Source of the DNA: Naegleria gruberi
Lineage: Eukaryota
Assembly: GCA_000004985.1 (NCBI GenBank)
Contig: GG738881.1
Reading direction: 5' to 3' (one strand)
Length of the DNA: 64,000 nucleotides
The notes beneath the pieces were generated by a model. It was not told where the DNA came from, did no database searches, and worked only from the letters and a program-made list of their open reading frames with translations. Below are positions 48,101 through 59,861 of the stretch, one piece after another. How positions within the stretch are numbered: the first letter of the stretch is position 1; each line of letters begins with the position of its first letter. A program made the position numbers and the translations under genes.

Positions 48101-51100
48101 NNNNNNNNNNNNNNNNNNNNNNNNNNNNNNNNNNNNNNNNNNNNNNNNNNNNNNNNNNNNNNNNNNNNNNNNNNNNNNNNNNNNNNNNNNNNNNNNNNNN
48201 NNNNNNNNNNNNNNNNNNNNNNNNNNNNNNNNNNNNNNNNNNNNNNNNNNNNNNNNNNNNNNNNNNNNNNNNNNNNNNNNNNNNNNNNNNNNNNNNNNNN
48301 NNNNNNNNNNNNNNNNNNNNNNNNNNNNNNNNNNNNNNNNNNNNNNNNNNNNNNNNNNNNNNNNNNNNNNNNNNNNNNNNNNNNNNNNNNNNNNNNNNNN
48401 NNNNNNNNNNNNNNNNNNNNNNNNNNNNNNNNNNNNNNNNNNNNNNNNNNNNNNNNNNNNNNNNNNNNNNNNNNNNNNNNNNNNNNNNNNNNNNNNNNNN
48501 NNNNNNNNNNNNNNNNNNNNNNNNNNNNNNNNNNNNNNNNNNNNNNNNNNNNNNNNNNNNNNNNNNNNNNNNNNNNNNNNNNNNNNNNNNNNNNNNNNNN
48601 NNNNNNNNNNNNNNNNNNNNNNNNNNNNNNNNNNNNNNNNNNNNNNNNNNNNNNNNNNNNNNNNNNNNNNNNNNNNNNNNNNNNNNNNNNNNNNNNNNNN
48701 NNNNNNNNNNNNNNNNNNNNNNNNNNNNNNNNNNNNNNNNNNNNNNNNNNNNNNNNNNNNNNNNNNNNNNNNNNNNNNNNNNNNNNNNNNNNNNNNNNNN
48801 NNNNNNNNNNNNNNNNNNNNNNNNNNNNNNNNNNNNNNNNNNNNNNNNNNNNNNNNNNNNNNNNNNNNNNNNNNNNNNNNNNNNNNNNNNNNNNNNNNNN
48901 NNNNNNNNNNNNNNNNNNNNNNNNNNNNNNNNNNNNNNNNNNNNNNNNNNNNNNNNNNNNNNNNNNNNNNNNNNNNNNNNNNNNNNNNNNNNNNNNNNNN
49001 NNNNNNNNNNNNNNNNNNNNNNNNNNNNNNNNNNNNNNNNNNNNNNNNNNNNNNNNNNNNNNNNNNNNNNNNNNNNNNNNNNNNNNNNNNNNNNNNNNNN
49101 NNNNNNNNNNNNNNNNNNNNNNNNNNNNNNNNNNNNNNNNNNNNNNNNNNNNNNNNNNNNNNNNNNNNNNNNNNNNNNNNNNNNNNNNNNNNNNNNNNNN
49201 NNNNNNNNNNNNNNNNNNNNNNNNNNNNNNNNNNNNNNNNNNNNNNNNNNNNNNNNNNNNNNNNNNNNNNNNNNNNNNNNNNNNNNNNNNNNNNNNNNNN
49301 NNNNNNNNNNNNNNNNNNNNNNNNNNNNNNNNNNNNNNNNNNNNNNNNNNNNNNNNNNNNNNNNNNNNNNNNNNNNNNNNNNNNNNNNNNNNNNNNNNNN
49401 NNNNNNNNNNNNNNNNNNNNNNNNNNNNNNNNNNNNNNNNNNNNNNNNNNNNNNNNNNNNNNNNNNNNNNNNNNNNNNNNNNNNNNNNNNNNNNNNNNNN
49501 NNNNNNNNNNNNNNNNNNNNNNNNNNNNNNNNNNNNNNNNNNNNNNNNNNNNNNNNNNNNNNNNNNNNNNNNNNNNNNNNNNNNNNNNNNNNNNNNNNNN
49601 NNNNNNNNNNNNNNNNNNNNNNNNNNNNNNNNNNNNNNNNNNNNNNNNNNNNNNNNNNNNNNNNNNNNNNNNNNNNNNNNNNNNNNNNNNNNNNNNNNNN
49701 NNNNNNNNNNNNNNNNNNNNNNNNNNNNNNNNNNNNNNNNNNNNNNNNNNNNNNNNNNNNNNNNNNNNNNNNNNNNNNNNNNNNNNNNNNNNNNNNNNNN
49801 NNNNNNNNNNNNNNNNNNNNNNNNNNNNNNNNNNNNNNNNNNNNNNNNNNNNNNNNNNNNNNNNNNNNNNNNNNNNNNNNNNNNNNNNNNNNNNNNNNNN
49901 NNNNNNNNNNNNNNNNNNNNNNNNNNNNNNNNNNNNNNNNNNNNNNNNNNNNNNNNNNNNNNNNNNNNNNNNNNNNNNNNNNNNNNNNNNNNNNNNNNNN
50001 NNNNNNNNNNNNNNNNNNNNNNNNNNNNNNNNNNNNNNNNNNNNNNNNNNNNNNNNNNNNNNNNNNNNNNNNNNNNNNNNNNNNNNNNNNNNNNNNNNNN
50101 NNNNNNNNNNNNNNNNNNNNNNNNNNNNNNNNNNNNNNNNNNNNNNNNNNNNNNNNNNNNNNNNNNNNNNNNNNNNNNNNNNNNNNNNNNNNNNNNNNNN
50201 NNNNNNNNNNNNNNNNNNNNNNNNNNNNNNNNNNNNNNNNNNNNNNNNNNNNNNNNNNNNNNNNNNNNNNNNNNNNNNNNNNNNNNNNNNNNNNNNNNNN
50301 NNNNNNNNNNNNNNNNNNNNNNNNNNNNNNNNNNNNNNNNNNNNNNNNNNNNNNNNNNNNNNNNNNNNNNNNNNNNNNNNNNNNNNNNNNNNNNNNNNNN
50401 NNNNNNNNNNNNNNNNNNNNNNNNNNNNNNNNNNNNNNNNNNNNNNNNNNNNNNNNNNNNNNNNNNNNNNNNNNNNNNNNNNNNNNNNNNNNNNNNNNNN
50501 NNNNNNNNNNNNNNNNNNNNNNNNNNNNNNNNNNNNNNNNNNNNNNNNNNNNNNNNNNNNNNNNNNNNNNNNNNNNNNNNNNNNNNNNNNNNNNNNNNNN
50601 NNNNNNNNNNNNNNNNNNNNNNNNNNNNNNNNNNNNNNNNNNNNNNNNNNNNNNNNNNNNNNNNNNNNNNNNNNNNNNNNNNNNNNNNNNNNNNNNNNNN
50701 NNNNNNNNNNNNNNNNNNNNNNNNNNNNNNNNNNNNNNNNNNNNNNNNNNNNNNNNNNNNNNNNNNNNNNNNNNNNNNNNNNNNNNNNNNNNNNNNNNNN
50801 NNNNNNNNNNNNNNNNNNNNNNNNNNNNNNNNNNNNNNNNNNNNNNNNNNNNNNNNNNNNNNNNNNNNNNNNNNNNNNNNNNNNNNNNNNNNNNNNNNNN
50901 NNNNNNNNNNNNNNNNNNNNNNNNNNNNNNNNNNNNNNNNNNNNNNNNNNNNNNNNNNNNNNNNNNNNNNNNNNNNNNNNNNNNNNNNNNNNNNNNNNNN
51001 NNNNNNNNNNNNNNNNNNNNNNNNNNNNNNNNNNNNNNNNNNNNNNNNNNNNNNNNNNNNNNNNNNNNNNNNNNNNNNNNNNNNNNNNNNNNNNNNNNNN

Positions 51101-54100
51101 NNNNNNNNNNNNNNNNNNNNNNNNNNNNNNNNNNNNNNNNNNNNNNNNNNNNNNNNNNNNNNNNNNNNNNNNNNNNNNNNNNNNNNNNNNNNNNNNNNNN
51201 NNNNNNNNNNNNNNNNNNNNNNNNNNNNNNNNNNNNNNNNNNNNNNNNNNNNNNNNNNNNNNNNNNNNNNNNNNNNNNNNNNNNNNNNNNNNNNNNNNNN
51301 NNNNNNNNNNNNNNNNNNNNNNNNNNNNNNNNNNNNNNNNNNNNNNNNNNNNNNNNNNNNNNNNNNNNNNNNNNNNNNNNNNNNNNNNNNNNNNNNNNNN
51401 NNNNNNNNNNNNNNNNNNNNNNNNNNNNNNNNNNNNNNNNNNNNNNNNNNNNNNNNNNNNNNNNNNNNNNNNNNNNNNNNNNNNNNNNNNNNNNNNNNNN
51501 NNNNNNNNNNNNNNNNNNNNNNNNNNNNNNNNNNNNNNNNNNNNNNNNNNNNNNNNNNNNNNNNNNNNNNNNNNNNNNNNNNNNNNNNNNNNNNNNNNNN
51601 NNNNNNNNNNNNNNNNNNNNNNNNNNNNNNNNNNNNNNNNNNNNNNNNNNNNNNNNNNNNNNNNNNNNNNNNNNNNNNNNNNNNNNNNNNNNNNNNNNNN
51701 NNNNNNNNNNNNNNNNNNNNNNNNNNNNNNNNNNNNNNNNNNNNNNNNNNNNNNNNNNNNNNNNNNNNNNNNNNNNNNNNNNNNNNNNNNNNNNNNNNNN
51801 NNNNNNNNNNNNNNNNNNNNNNNNNNNNNNNNNNNNNNNNNNNNNNNNNNNNNNNNNNNNNNNNNNNNNNNNNNNNNNNNNNNNNNNNNNNNNNNNNNNN
51901 NNNNNNNNNNNNNNNNNNNNNNNNNNNNNNNNNNNNNNNNNNNNNNNNNNNNNNNNNNNNNNNNNNNNNNNNNNNNNNNNNNNNNNNNNNNNNNNNNNNN
52001 NNNNNNNNNNNNNNNNNNNNNNNNNNNNNNNNNNNNNNNNNNNNNNNNNNNNNNNNNNNNNNNNNNNNNNNNNNNNNNNNNNNNNNNNNNNNNNNNNNNN
52101 NNNNNNNNNNNNNNNNNNNNNNNNNNNNNNNNNNNNNNNNNNNNNNNNNNNNNNNNNNNNNNNNNNNNNNNNNNNNNNNNNNNNNNNNNNNNNNNNNNNN
52201 NNNNNNNNNNNNNNNNNNNNNNNNNNNNNNNNNNNNNNNNNNNNNNNNNNNNNNNNNNNNNNNNNNNNNNNNNNNNNNNNNNNNNNNNNNNNNNNNNNNN
52301 NNNNNNNNNNNNNNNNNNNNNNNNNNNNNNNNNNNNNNNNNNNNNNNNNNNNNNNNNNNNNNNNNNNNNNNNNNNNNNNNNNNNNNNNNNNNNNNNNNNN
52401 NNNNNNNNNNNNNNNNNNNNNNNNNNNNNNNNNNNNNNNNNNNNNNNNNNNNNNNNNNNNNNNNNNNNNNNNNNNNNNNNNNNNNNNNNNNNNNNNNNNN
52501 NNNNNNNNNNNNNNNNNNNNNNNNNNNNNNNNNNNNNNNNNNNNNNNNNNNNNNNNNNNNNNNNNNNNNNNNNNNNNNNNNNNNNNNNNNNNNNNNNNNN
52601 NNNNNNNNNNNNNNNNNNNNNNNNNNNNNNNNNNNNNNNNNNNNNNNNNNNNNNNNNNNNNNNNNNNNNNNNNNNNNNNNNNNNNNNNNNNNNNNNNNNN
52701 NNNNNNNNNNNNNNNNNNNNNNNNNNNNNNNNNNNNNNNNNNNNNNNNNNNNNNNNNNNNNNNNNNNNNNNNNNNNNNNNNNNNNNNNNNNNNNNNNNNN
52801 NNNNNNNNNNNNNNNNNNNNNNNNNNNNNNNNNNNNNNNNNNNNNNNNNNNNNNNNNNNNNNNNNNNNNNNNNNNNNNNNNNNNNNNNNNNNNNNNNNNN
52901 NNNNNNNNNNNNNNNNNNNNNNNNNNNNNNNNNNNNNNNNNNNNNNNNNNNNNNNNNNNNNNNNNNNNNNNNNNNNNNNNNNNNNNNNNNNNNNNNNNNN
53001 NNNNNNNNNNNNNNNNNNNNNNNNNNNNNNNNNNNNNNNNNNNNNNNNNNNNNNNNNNNNNNNNNNNNNNNNNNNNNNNNNNNNNNNNNNNNNNNNNNNN
53101 NNNNNNNNNNNNNNNNNNNNNNNNNNNNNNNNNNNNNNNNNNNNNNNNNNNNNNNNNNNNNNNNNNNNNNNNNNNNNNNNNNNNNNNNNNNNNNNNNNNN
53201 NNNNNNNNNNNNNNNNNNNNNNNNNNNNNNNNNNNNNNNNNNNNNNNNNNNNNNNNNNNNNNNNNNNNNNNNNNNNNNNNNNNNNNNNNNNNNNNNNNNN
53301 NNNNNNNNNNNNNNNNNNNNNNNNNNNNNNNNNNNNNNNNNNNNNNNNNNNNNNNNNNNNNNNNNNNNNNNNNNNNNNNNNNNNNNNNNNNNNNNNNNNN
53401 NNNNNNNNNNNNNNNNNNNNNNNNNNNNNNNNNNNNNNNNNNNNNNNNNNNNNNNNNNNNNNNNNNNNNNNNNNNNNNNNNNNNNNNNNNNNNNNNNNNN
53501 NNNNNNNNNNNNNNNNNNNNNNNNNNNNNNNNNNNNNNNNNNNNNNNNNNNNNNNNNNNNNNNNNNNNNNNNNNNNNNNNNNNNNNNNNNNNNNNNNNNN
53601 NNNNNNNNNNNNNNNNNNNNNNNNNNNNNNNNNNNNNNNNNNNNNNNNNNNNNNNNNNNNNNNNNNNNNNNNNNNNNNNNNNNNNNNNNNNNNNNNNNNN
53701 NNNNNNNNNNNNNNNNNNNNNNNNNNNNNNNNNNNNNNNNNNNNNNNNNNNNNNNNNNNNNNNNNNNNNNNNNNNNNNNNNNNNNNNNNNNNNNNNNNNN
53801 NNNNNNNNNNNNNNNNNNNNNNNNNNNNNNNNNNNNNNNNNNNNNNNNNNNNNNNNNNNNNNNNNNNNNNNNNNNNNNNNNNNNNNNNNNNNNNNNNNNN
53901 NNNNNNNNNNNNNNNNNNNNNNNNNNNNNNNNNNNNNNNNNNNNNNNNNNNNNNNNNNNNNNNNNNNNNNNNNNNNNNNNNNNNNNNNNNNNNNNNNNNN
54001 NNNNNNNNNNNNNNNNNNNNNNNNNNNNNNNNNNNNNNNNNNNNNNNNNNNNNNNNNNNNNNNNNNNNNNNNNNNNNNNNNNNNNNNNNNNNNNNNNNNN

Positions 54101-54455
54101 NNNNNNNNNNNNNNNNNNNNNNNNNNNNNNNNNNNNNNNNNNNNNNNNNNNNNNNNNNNNNNNNNNNNNNNNNNNNNNNNNNNNNNNNNNNNNNNNNNNN
54201 NNNNNNNNNNNNNNNNNNNNNNNNNNNNNNNNNNNNNNNNNNNNNNNNNNNNNNNNNNNNNNNNNNNNNNNNNNNNNNNNNNNNNNNNNNNNNNNNNNNN
54301 NNNNNNNNNNNNNNNNNNNNNNNNNNNNNNNNNNNNNNNNNNNNNNNNNNNNNNNNNNNNNNNNNNNNNNNNNNNNNNNNNNNNNNNNNNNNNNNNNNNN
54401 NNNNNNNNNNNNNNNNNNNNNNNNNNNNNNNNNNNNNNNNNNNNNNNNNNNNNNN
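45137..54455. other. Assembly gap (9319 N), probably a collapsed repeat region upstream of the Cys-rich repeat gene.
   Basis: This is a run of N. The flanking sequence at 54456 onward is a high-identity tandem repeat. Confidence 0.9.
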
Positions 54456-55545
54456 GTTTGTCAAGGTAATTTCAAAGGAGTTGACTGTTCTCAATGTAAA
54501 TCAGGATGGAAAGGAGCTAATTGTGATGAACCAATTTGTGATTCAAAATGTAGAAAATGCTATTCACCAAACCAGTGCGCGCTATGTGACGGAAACTATT
54601 CTGGTGATAGGTGTGATAGTTGTACATCTGGATGGACTGGATCTGATTGTAATACTCCTGTTTGTGATTCAAAATGCACAACATGTGATTCACCAAATCA
54701 ATGTTCAGTTTGTAAAGGAAACTTTGAAGGATCTGACTGCTCCACATGCAAATCTGGATGGTCTGAATCTGATTGTAACACACCAGTTTGTGATTTGAAA
54801 TGCAAACAATGTGATTCTCCAAATCAATGCTCATCCTGTAATGGAAACTTTGCTGGATCAGACTGTTCAAGCTGTAAGTCTGGATGGACTGGATCTCTCT
54901 GTGATATTCCAATTTGTGATTCCAAATGTACTAATTGTTCTGCCCCATCCAAATGCTCAAAATGTCAAGGAAACTTCCAAGGTTTCGAATGTGATTCTTG
55001 TACAGATGGATGGAAAGGAACTGACTGTGACCAACCAATTTGTGATTCCAAATGTTCAGTTTGTGATTCTCCAAATCAGTGTAGAGTATGTAATGGTAAT
55101 TTTGAGGGATCTGACTGTTCCATTTGTACTACTGGCTGGAAAGGAGCTAATTGTGTAGTACCTATTTGTGACAGTAAGTGCACAACTTGTGATTCTCCAA
55201 ATCAATGTTCTGTTTGTCAAGGTAACTACAAAGGTGCTCAATGTGACAATTGTCAAGATGGTTGGACTGGCACTGATTGCAATAAGCCAATTTGTGACAG
55301 TAAGTGTACTACTTGTGATTCACCTGCTAAATGCTCAAAATGTCAAGGAAACTTCCAGGGATCTGATTGCTCCTCATGCAAATCAGGATGGAAGGGAGCT
55401 AATTGTGATGAACCAATTTGTGATTCAAAATGTTCTGAGTGCTCTGCTCCAAATCAATGTTCGACCTGTAGTGATAATTATGATGGTAACGACTGCTCTG
55501 GTTGTAAATCAGGATATAGTGGAACCAATTGCTCATTGAGTATTT
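54456..55545. repeat. Tandem DNA repeat array with a period of about 123 bp (41 codons), encoding the Cys-rich modules.
   Basis: Near-identical blocks (ccaatttgtgattcaaaatg...ggatggactgg...) recur every about 123 bp. Other-frame ORFs on both strands are by-products of the repeat. Confidence 0.6.
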
Positions 55546-57713
55546 GTTATGGGCTGACCAACCAAGATGCCAATGTTTGTTCTGGACACGGTTCTTGTGT
55601 ATTGCCAAGTGTTTGTAAATGTAATTCCAAATGGTTTGGAGATAATTGTGAATTAACTTCATGCTATGGTATTATGAAGAATGACACTGGTGTTTGTAGC
55701 AAACAAGGTTCTTGTATTGGCCCTGACGTTTGTTCATGTAAGACTGGTTACAAATCCAGTGCTGATTGTTCGGTTGTCTCATGTGAAAATTTGAATAGTT
55801 GTAGTTCTCATGGTTCTTGTGTTGGACCTAACTCTTGTACATGTAGTGCTGGTTGGAAATCATCTGGTGATTGTAGCTCTCCTTCATGTGAATTGGTTTC
55901 AAACTGTAATGCACGAGGATCATGTTCTGGACCTAATGTTTGTACATGTTCAGGTGGATTCTTTGGTAAAAAGTGTGAATTGGCAACATGCTTTGGAGTT
56001 GCTGGCGATTTGAATACAGGTTGTAGTGGAAATGGAGAGTGTTTTACAACCGATACTTGTTCTTGCAATGCTGGTTATTATGGAGCTAGGTGCGATTTTA
56101 AGGTTAACCTGGAAGCAACCAAGAAGGTTACAAACTTTAAGCAATTTTTCATTGAACCAACTGTTTACAATCCATCTGGGTTATCTATTGGCTATAAATG
56201 GTCTCAAGTTGGAGGACCATCAATTAATTTAGAATCAATTAGTGAGAATACAATTTCCAACCCCAAACTTGTGATTAGATCTGAAAATGGATTGACCAAG
56301 GGACAATCCTATACCTTGCTGTTAACTACCACTAGGTCTGATAATGTTATTATTACAAATAGTATAGTTTTGAATGTTAACATCGATCCAGTAATCGATT
56401 GGTTCAGCACTGTCAACCCATCAACTGGACAATCTGTAGGTATTGCTGGTGTTACTTCATTCAATGCAAGCATTGCTTCTGCAACTGATCCAGATGGTGA
56501 TTCCGATTCTTTGCAATATTCATTTGGTTATATAGTGGATGGAAAGAGATTTGTTTCAAAGGAATTTTCTTATTCAACCTCAACAATCTTCCGACTTCCT
56601 CTTCCAAGCAATAACTTGGCTGAAGTTTTCTACATTGCTAAAGATGATATGGGAGCAACAACCGAAGTTCAATCTGTAGTTGTTGTGAATAATCCATCTT
56701 CAAGTATGAATTCTTCTCAAATAGCCAAATTGGTTGACTCAATGTTGGAAAAACCATCAATTGACCAACTTTATTTCGCCACCTCATTGATCAAATCATC
56801 AAGTGATTCAGAATCTAGTATTGTCAAAAATAAGATTATTGATGCCCTCTACAATCAAACTGAGTCCAATCCTGAACTTGCTGTCGCAATTTTAAGTGAA
56901 TTGTCAAATAAGACTCTGGACAACTCGCACGGAAGCAAGGCTCTTAGAATGCTTGAAATTTTGTCAAATATTTCAGACAGTTATGAAACTATTTTACAAA
57001 CATCTTCCAAATTGATTAGTTACACCCAGTCAACTTCCGAAAATAGACAAGTTATGAATGCAATTTTGGAAAATATTTCATCATCTTTGGCTAAGAATAT
57101 GGCAACAGGTAGTATTATTAAGACTATTTCTAATAATTTGTTAAACATTATTATTAAGAACAATGTAGATCTCTTGAATATCACCTTGCCAAGTTCAATT
57201 GGTGTTAATGGATTGACTATTCCAACATCAAATCTCAAGAATGTGGTTTCAAATCACACAATTGCATTCAGTATTACTATTTTGCCATCCTCATCTTTAA
57301 GTTTCCTCTCTATTCCTGTTTCATCCTCAGTATATAAGATCAAGCTCTTCTGGGATAGTGGAGTAATGATAAATATTACTAAATTGAACACTCCATTTGA
57401 ATTTGAAATGACTGTTGTTGGTACCTCTAGTGGTGTCGAACCAGAATGTAGATATTTTGATGAAAGAACTAATACTTTGACAAAGGATGGTGTTGAAACC
57501 ATTGTTATTTCTCCGACTCGTGTTAAGTGCAGAGTTTATCAATTAGGAGATTTCACTACAACCTTAATTTCAAAGGCTACAAGCTCGCCTGCTCCAGAAA
57601 AATCAAAGGTACAACCAAAGATTTCTCAAAGAGCAAATACTGCATCCACTACTAGTCAATTTTCATTTATGATGATGTTGCTTTTTGTGATTGTTGTTGT
57701 TTTCATGTTGTAA
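54456..57713 (+). CDS. Large extracellular Cys-rich protein, 5'-partial. It has about 9 or more tandem 41-aa furin/laminin-EGF-like repeats, then 5 EGF-like modules, a Ser/Thr/Asn-rich domain and a hydrophobic C-terminal tail that may be a GPI signal or TM helix.
   Basis: The repeat unit is PICDSKCTTCDSPNQCSVCQGNFxGSDCSxCKSGWxGxDC. EGF-like modules are present (CYGLTNQDANVCSGHGSCVLPSVCKCNSKWFGDNCEL). The C-terminus is SQFSFMMMLLFVIVVVFML followed by a stop. Confidence 0.6.
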   Translation, partial: VCQGNFKGVDCSQCKSGWKGANCDEPICDSKCRKCYSPNQCALCDGNYSGDRCDSCTSGWTGSDCNTPVCDSKCTTCDSPNQCSVCKGNFEGSDCSTCKSGWSESDCNTPVCDLKCKQCDSPNQCSSCNGNFAGSDCSSCKSGWTGSLCDIPICDSKCTNCSAPSKCSKCQGNFQGFECDSCTDGWKGTDCDQPICDSKCSVCDSPNQCRVCNGNFEGSDCSICTTGWKGANCVVPICDSKCTTCDSPNQCSVCQGNYKGAQCDNCQDGWTGTDCNKPICDSKCTTCDSPAKCSKCQGNFQGSDCSSCKSGWKGANCDEPICDSKCSECSAPNQCSTCSDNYDGNDCSGCKSGYSGTNCSLSICYGLTNQDANVCSGHGSCVLPSVCKCNSKWFGDNCELTSCYGIMKNDTGVCSKQGSCIGPDVCSCKTGYKSSADCSVVSCENLNSCSSHGSCVGPNSCTCSAGWKSSGDCSSPSCELVSNCNARGSCSGPNVCTCSGGFFGKKCELATCFGVAGDLNTGCSGNGECFTTDTCSCNAGYYGARCDFKVNLEATKKVTNFKQFFIEPTVYNPSGLSIGYKWSQVGGPSINLESISENTISNPKLVIRSENGLTKGQSYTLLLTTTRSDNVIITNSIVLNVNIDPVIDWFSTVNPSTGQSVGIAGVTSFNASIASATDPDGDSDSLQYSFGYIVDGKRFVSKEFSYSTSTIFRLPLPSNNLAEVFYIAKDDMGATTEVQSVVVVNNPSSSMNSSQIAKLVDSMLEKPSIDQLYFATSLIKSSSDSESSIVKNKIIDALYNQTESNPELAVAILSELSNKTLDNSHGSKALRMLEILSNISDSYETILQTSSKLISYTQSTSENRQVMNAILENISSSLAKNMATGSIIKTISNNLLNIIIKNNVDLLNITLPSSIGVNGLTIPTSNLKNVVSNHTIAFSITILPSSSLSFLSIPVSSSVYKIKLFWDSGVMINITKLNTPFEFEMTVVGTSSGVEPECRYFDERTNTLTKDGVETIVISPTRVKCRVYQLGDFTTTLISKATSSPAPEKSKVQPKISQRANTASTTSQFSFMMMLLFVIVVVFML

Positions 57714-57824
57714 ATAAATTATTCTTTTAATTTAGCTATTAAAGTGAAGAAATTTCTTTAATCCGAGATGGCGACGGTTTGCTTGTGTTTTTTTAAAGGC
57801 TGATTCTTTCTAAAATGCCATTCT

Positions 57825-57838
57825 TTTGGCGCCAAATG
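57825..57838. promoter_or_regulatory. Palindromic E2F-type site TTTTGGCGCCAAAT downstream of the Cys-rich gene.
   Basis: It is a perfect TTTGGCGCCAAA palindrome, followed by GTAACGG (a Myb-like AACGG motif). Confidence 0.25.
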
Positions 57839-58879
57839 TAACGGCAAATAAAGCCTATTACAATATCTTTCCTTTTGAATACCATTTCATCACTACCAAG
57901 AGTTGTTTTACAAGGATCTTCGTGTTTACATGTACGTAATAAGTGCTGAATTTGATTGAAAACTTTGATAAAGTTACTCCTATTCACAAAATTCAAGATA
58001 AAAAATATGAACAAATTGTAAAAGGTACCTGGAAGGATGTTCTTCCTCTAATTCCTTTTTGAAAAGCAATATCTGCCATAAATGTCAGATTGACCACATA
58101 AACAATAACAAAAAGAAAAGGTCAAGCCATTATGACTCTCATCTCAAAACCTCGTTCTCCAGATGTCAACAAACAACGCTACAAGCCCACCATCTTCAAC
58201 ATGTATGGCGAGTAATAATGAAGAGTCAAGTCCAGGAAATACATCCTAACCAAAGATGAAACAATGTGGAAGAATTACTGGTTGGATAATTTATTGGCTG
58301 TTGGTGCTCTTTGGATGGCTAGTAATAACTGTTCGTGGATTATGAGAGCTTCACCTGTTAATCCAAATAATCCAGAAGATTATAGAAAGGATCTCTTTCT
58401 TGGAAGTAATCACACTGTGCATAAGGGATATCCTGCTATCATTATGGACTACATGGTTCGCTGTTGCTGCTAATTTGATTCTCTGTGAAATTTACATTAA
58501 TATGGTGGTAAGAAAGAAGGATGAAAAGAAAGTCCCAACAATTCATACTTTTCATGTAACTTCAGCTTCTCTTTGACAATAGGTTAACAAAACGAATAAT
58601 AAAAGGGTTAAAAAGACTACAGCACCACAGGTTCCCAAGTTGTCTCCAACCTCAGTACTGATGTGGCTCGACGATGCTTAACTTCTCAAATCGGACGGGA
58701 TGAGGTGCATTCATCGTGATATGGCCGTAGCCATTCAATTCCTTAATCTTTCCATTTTCAATCATATCAGAAATCAGTTGATTGAAAAATCTTGAGATTG
58801 GTTTCTTAGATTATTGAGCTCAATGATTTTGGCAAAAGATGGAATATATTATTTATTGTTAAAACAGTTTGTAGATTAT

Positions 58880-59704
58880 TTACAATTCATCCTTTGAACA
58901 TGTTGAAATACCAGTCAAATCAATATTTCCAATAAATTCTACATCAAGATGGCATTTGACAAGTCTTTCCTCTACCTTACTCCAATCAATAACTTTCCAA
59001 TAATCATTGACATAATTCAAACGTCTATTTTGGTGCTTCAAATAATAAGCATGCTCCCAAACATCAAGTGATAAGATTGGCTCCTCAATAGTCAGTTGCT
59101 TTGAATCAGCAGAATTTTCATTCAAATAAGCATTATCTTGATTGGCAAAACTCTTGATAACCAAATCAAATTGAGTTGGATTAGCAGTATTAACTCTCTT
59201 CAATAAAAAGACCCAACCAGATCCAAAAACTTTCATAGAAGCATCATTGAATTGAGCAATAAACTTTTCAACAGATCCAAAATGTTTAACCAAAGCTTGT
59301 TCAACTCTTGGAGTTGGCTTATTCTCACCAGAGGAAGGCTTCTTCAAAGAAGCAAAGAATAAATTATGATTCACAACACCACCTCCATTATTTCTAACTT
59401 GTTTTCTGGTAGCTTCATCACTTGTGGTGAGTAAATGTAAATTGGCAAGGAGAGTTTCAACTCTGCTACTCTTTTCAACGATCGGATCAGCCTTTAAAAC
59501 TCCAAGAGCAGCATTAATATTATTTACATAGGCTTGATGATGTCCGGAATGATGTACTTTCATGGTGGCTTCATCAATAACAGGTTCTAATTCATTGTAT
59601 GGATAGGACAAGGTTTGGAGGCTTACTTTGGTCAATTCAGAGTTGACACTGTAAATCAAGCCAATTACAATGCACAATACAACGAGCAGTGATTGTTTAA
59701 TCAT
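58880..59704 (-). CDS. Fe/Mn-superoxide dismutase with an N-terminal signal peptide and a C-terminal KDEL, predicted to be ER-lumenal.
   Basis: It has an ATG start and the N-terminus MIKQSLLVVLCIVIGLIYSVNS. The SOD motifs HHSGHHQAYVNN and DVWEHAYYL are present. A roughly 25-aa C-terminal extension ends ...TCSKDEL followed by a stop. Confidence 0.8.
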   Translation of the reverse strand: MIKQSLLVVLCIVIGLIYSVNSELTKVSLQTLSYPYNELEPVIDEATMKVHHSGHHQAYVNNINAALGVLKADPIVEKSSRVETLLANLHLLTTSDEATRKQVRNNGGGVVNHNLFFASLKKPSSGENKPTPRVEQALVKHFGSVEKFIAQFNDASMKVFGSGWVFLLKRVNTANPTQFDLVIKSFANQDNAYLNENSADSKQLTIEEPILSLDVWEHAYYLKHQNRRLNYVNDYWKVIDWSKVEERLVKCHLDVEFIGNIDLTGISTCSKDEL

Positions 59705-59861
59705 TTTTTTTAAATTGATTTTTTAAATATTAAATATATTTAAAATGATCATTACAATTTTATTAAAAAAGAATATTGCTCTTTGAATTTTAATATTAAT
59801 CTCAATAAAATTAATACTCAAATTGTGCAAATATTTTAAATAATAATAATATTTAAAAAAA

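Noticed and set aside
42381-54494. Very long ORFs in the track composed of X (for example 45125-54469, 3114 aa; 42383-43933).
   Set aside because: They are translations of N runs across assembly gaps. Only the non-N flanks carry information.
54517-55662. Multiple antisense and other-frame ORFs within the 123-bp repeat array (for example 54517-54912, 55399-55662).
   Set aside because: They are periodic by-products of the tandem repeat. The sense-strand Cys-rich frame is the coherent one.
57793-58473. Small ORFs (57793-58014 on the minus strand; 58264-58473 on the plus strand, ending CCC) near the third E2F-like site.
   Set aside because: They have no recognisable motifs and no supporting splice structure, so there is too little evidence to call genes.
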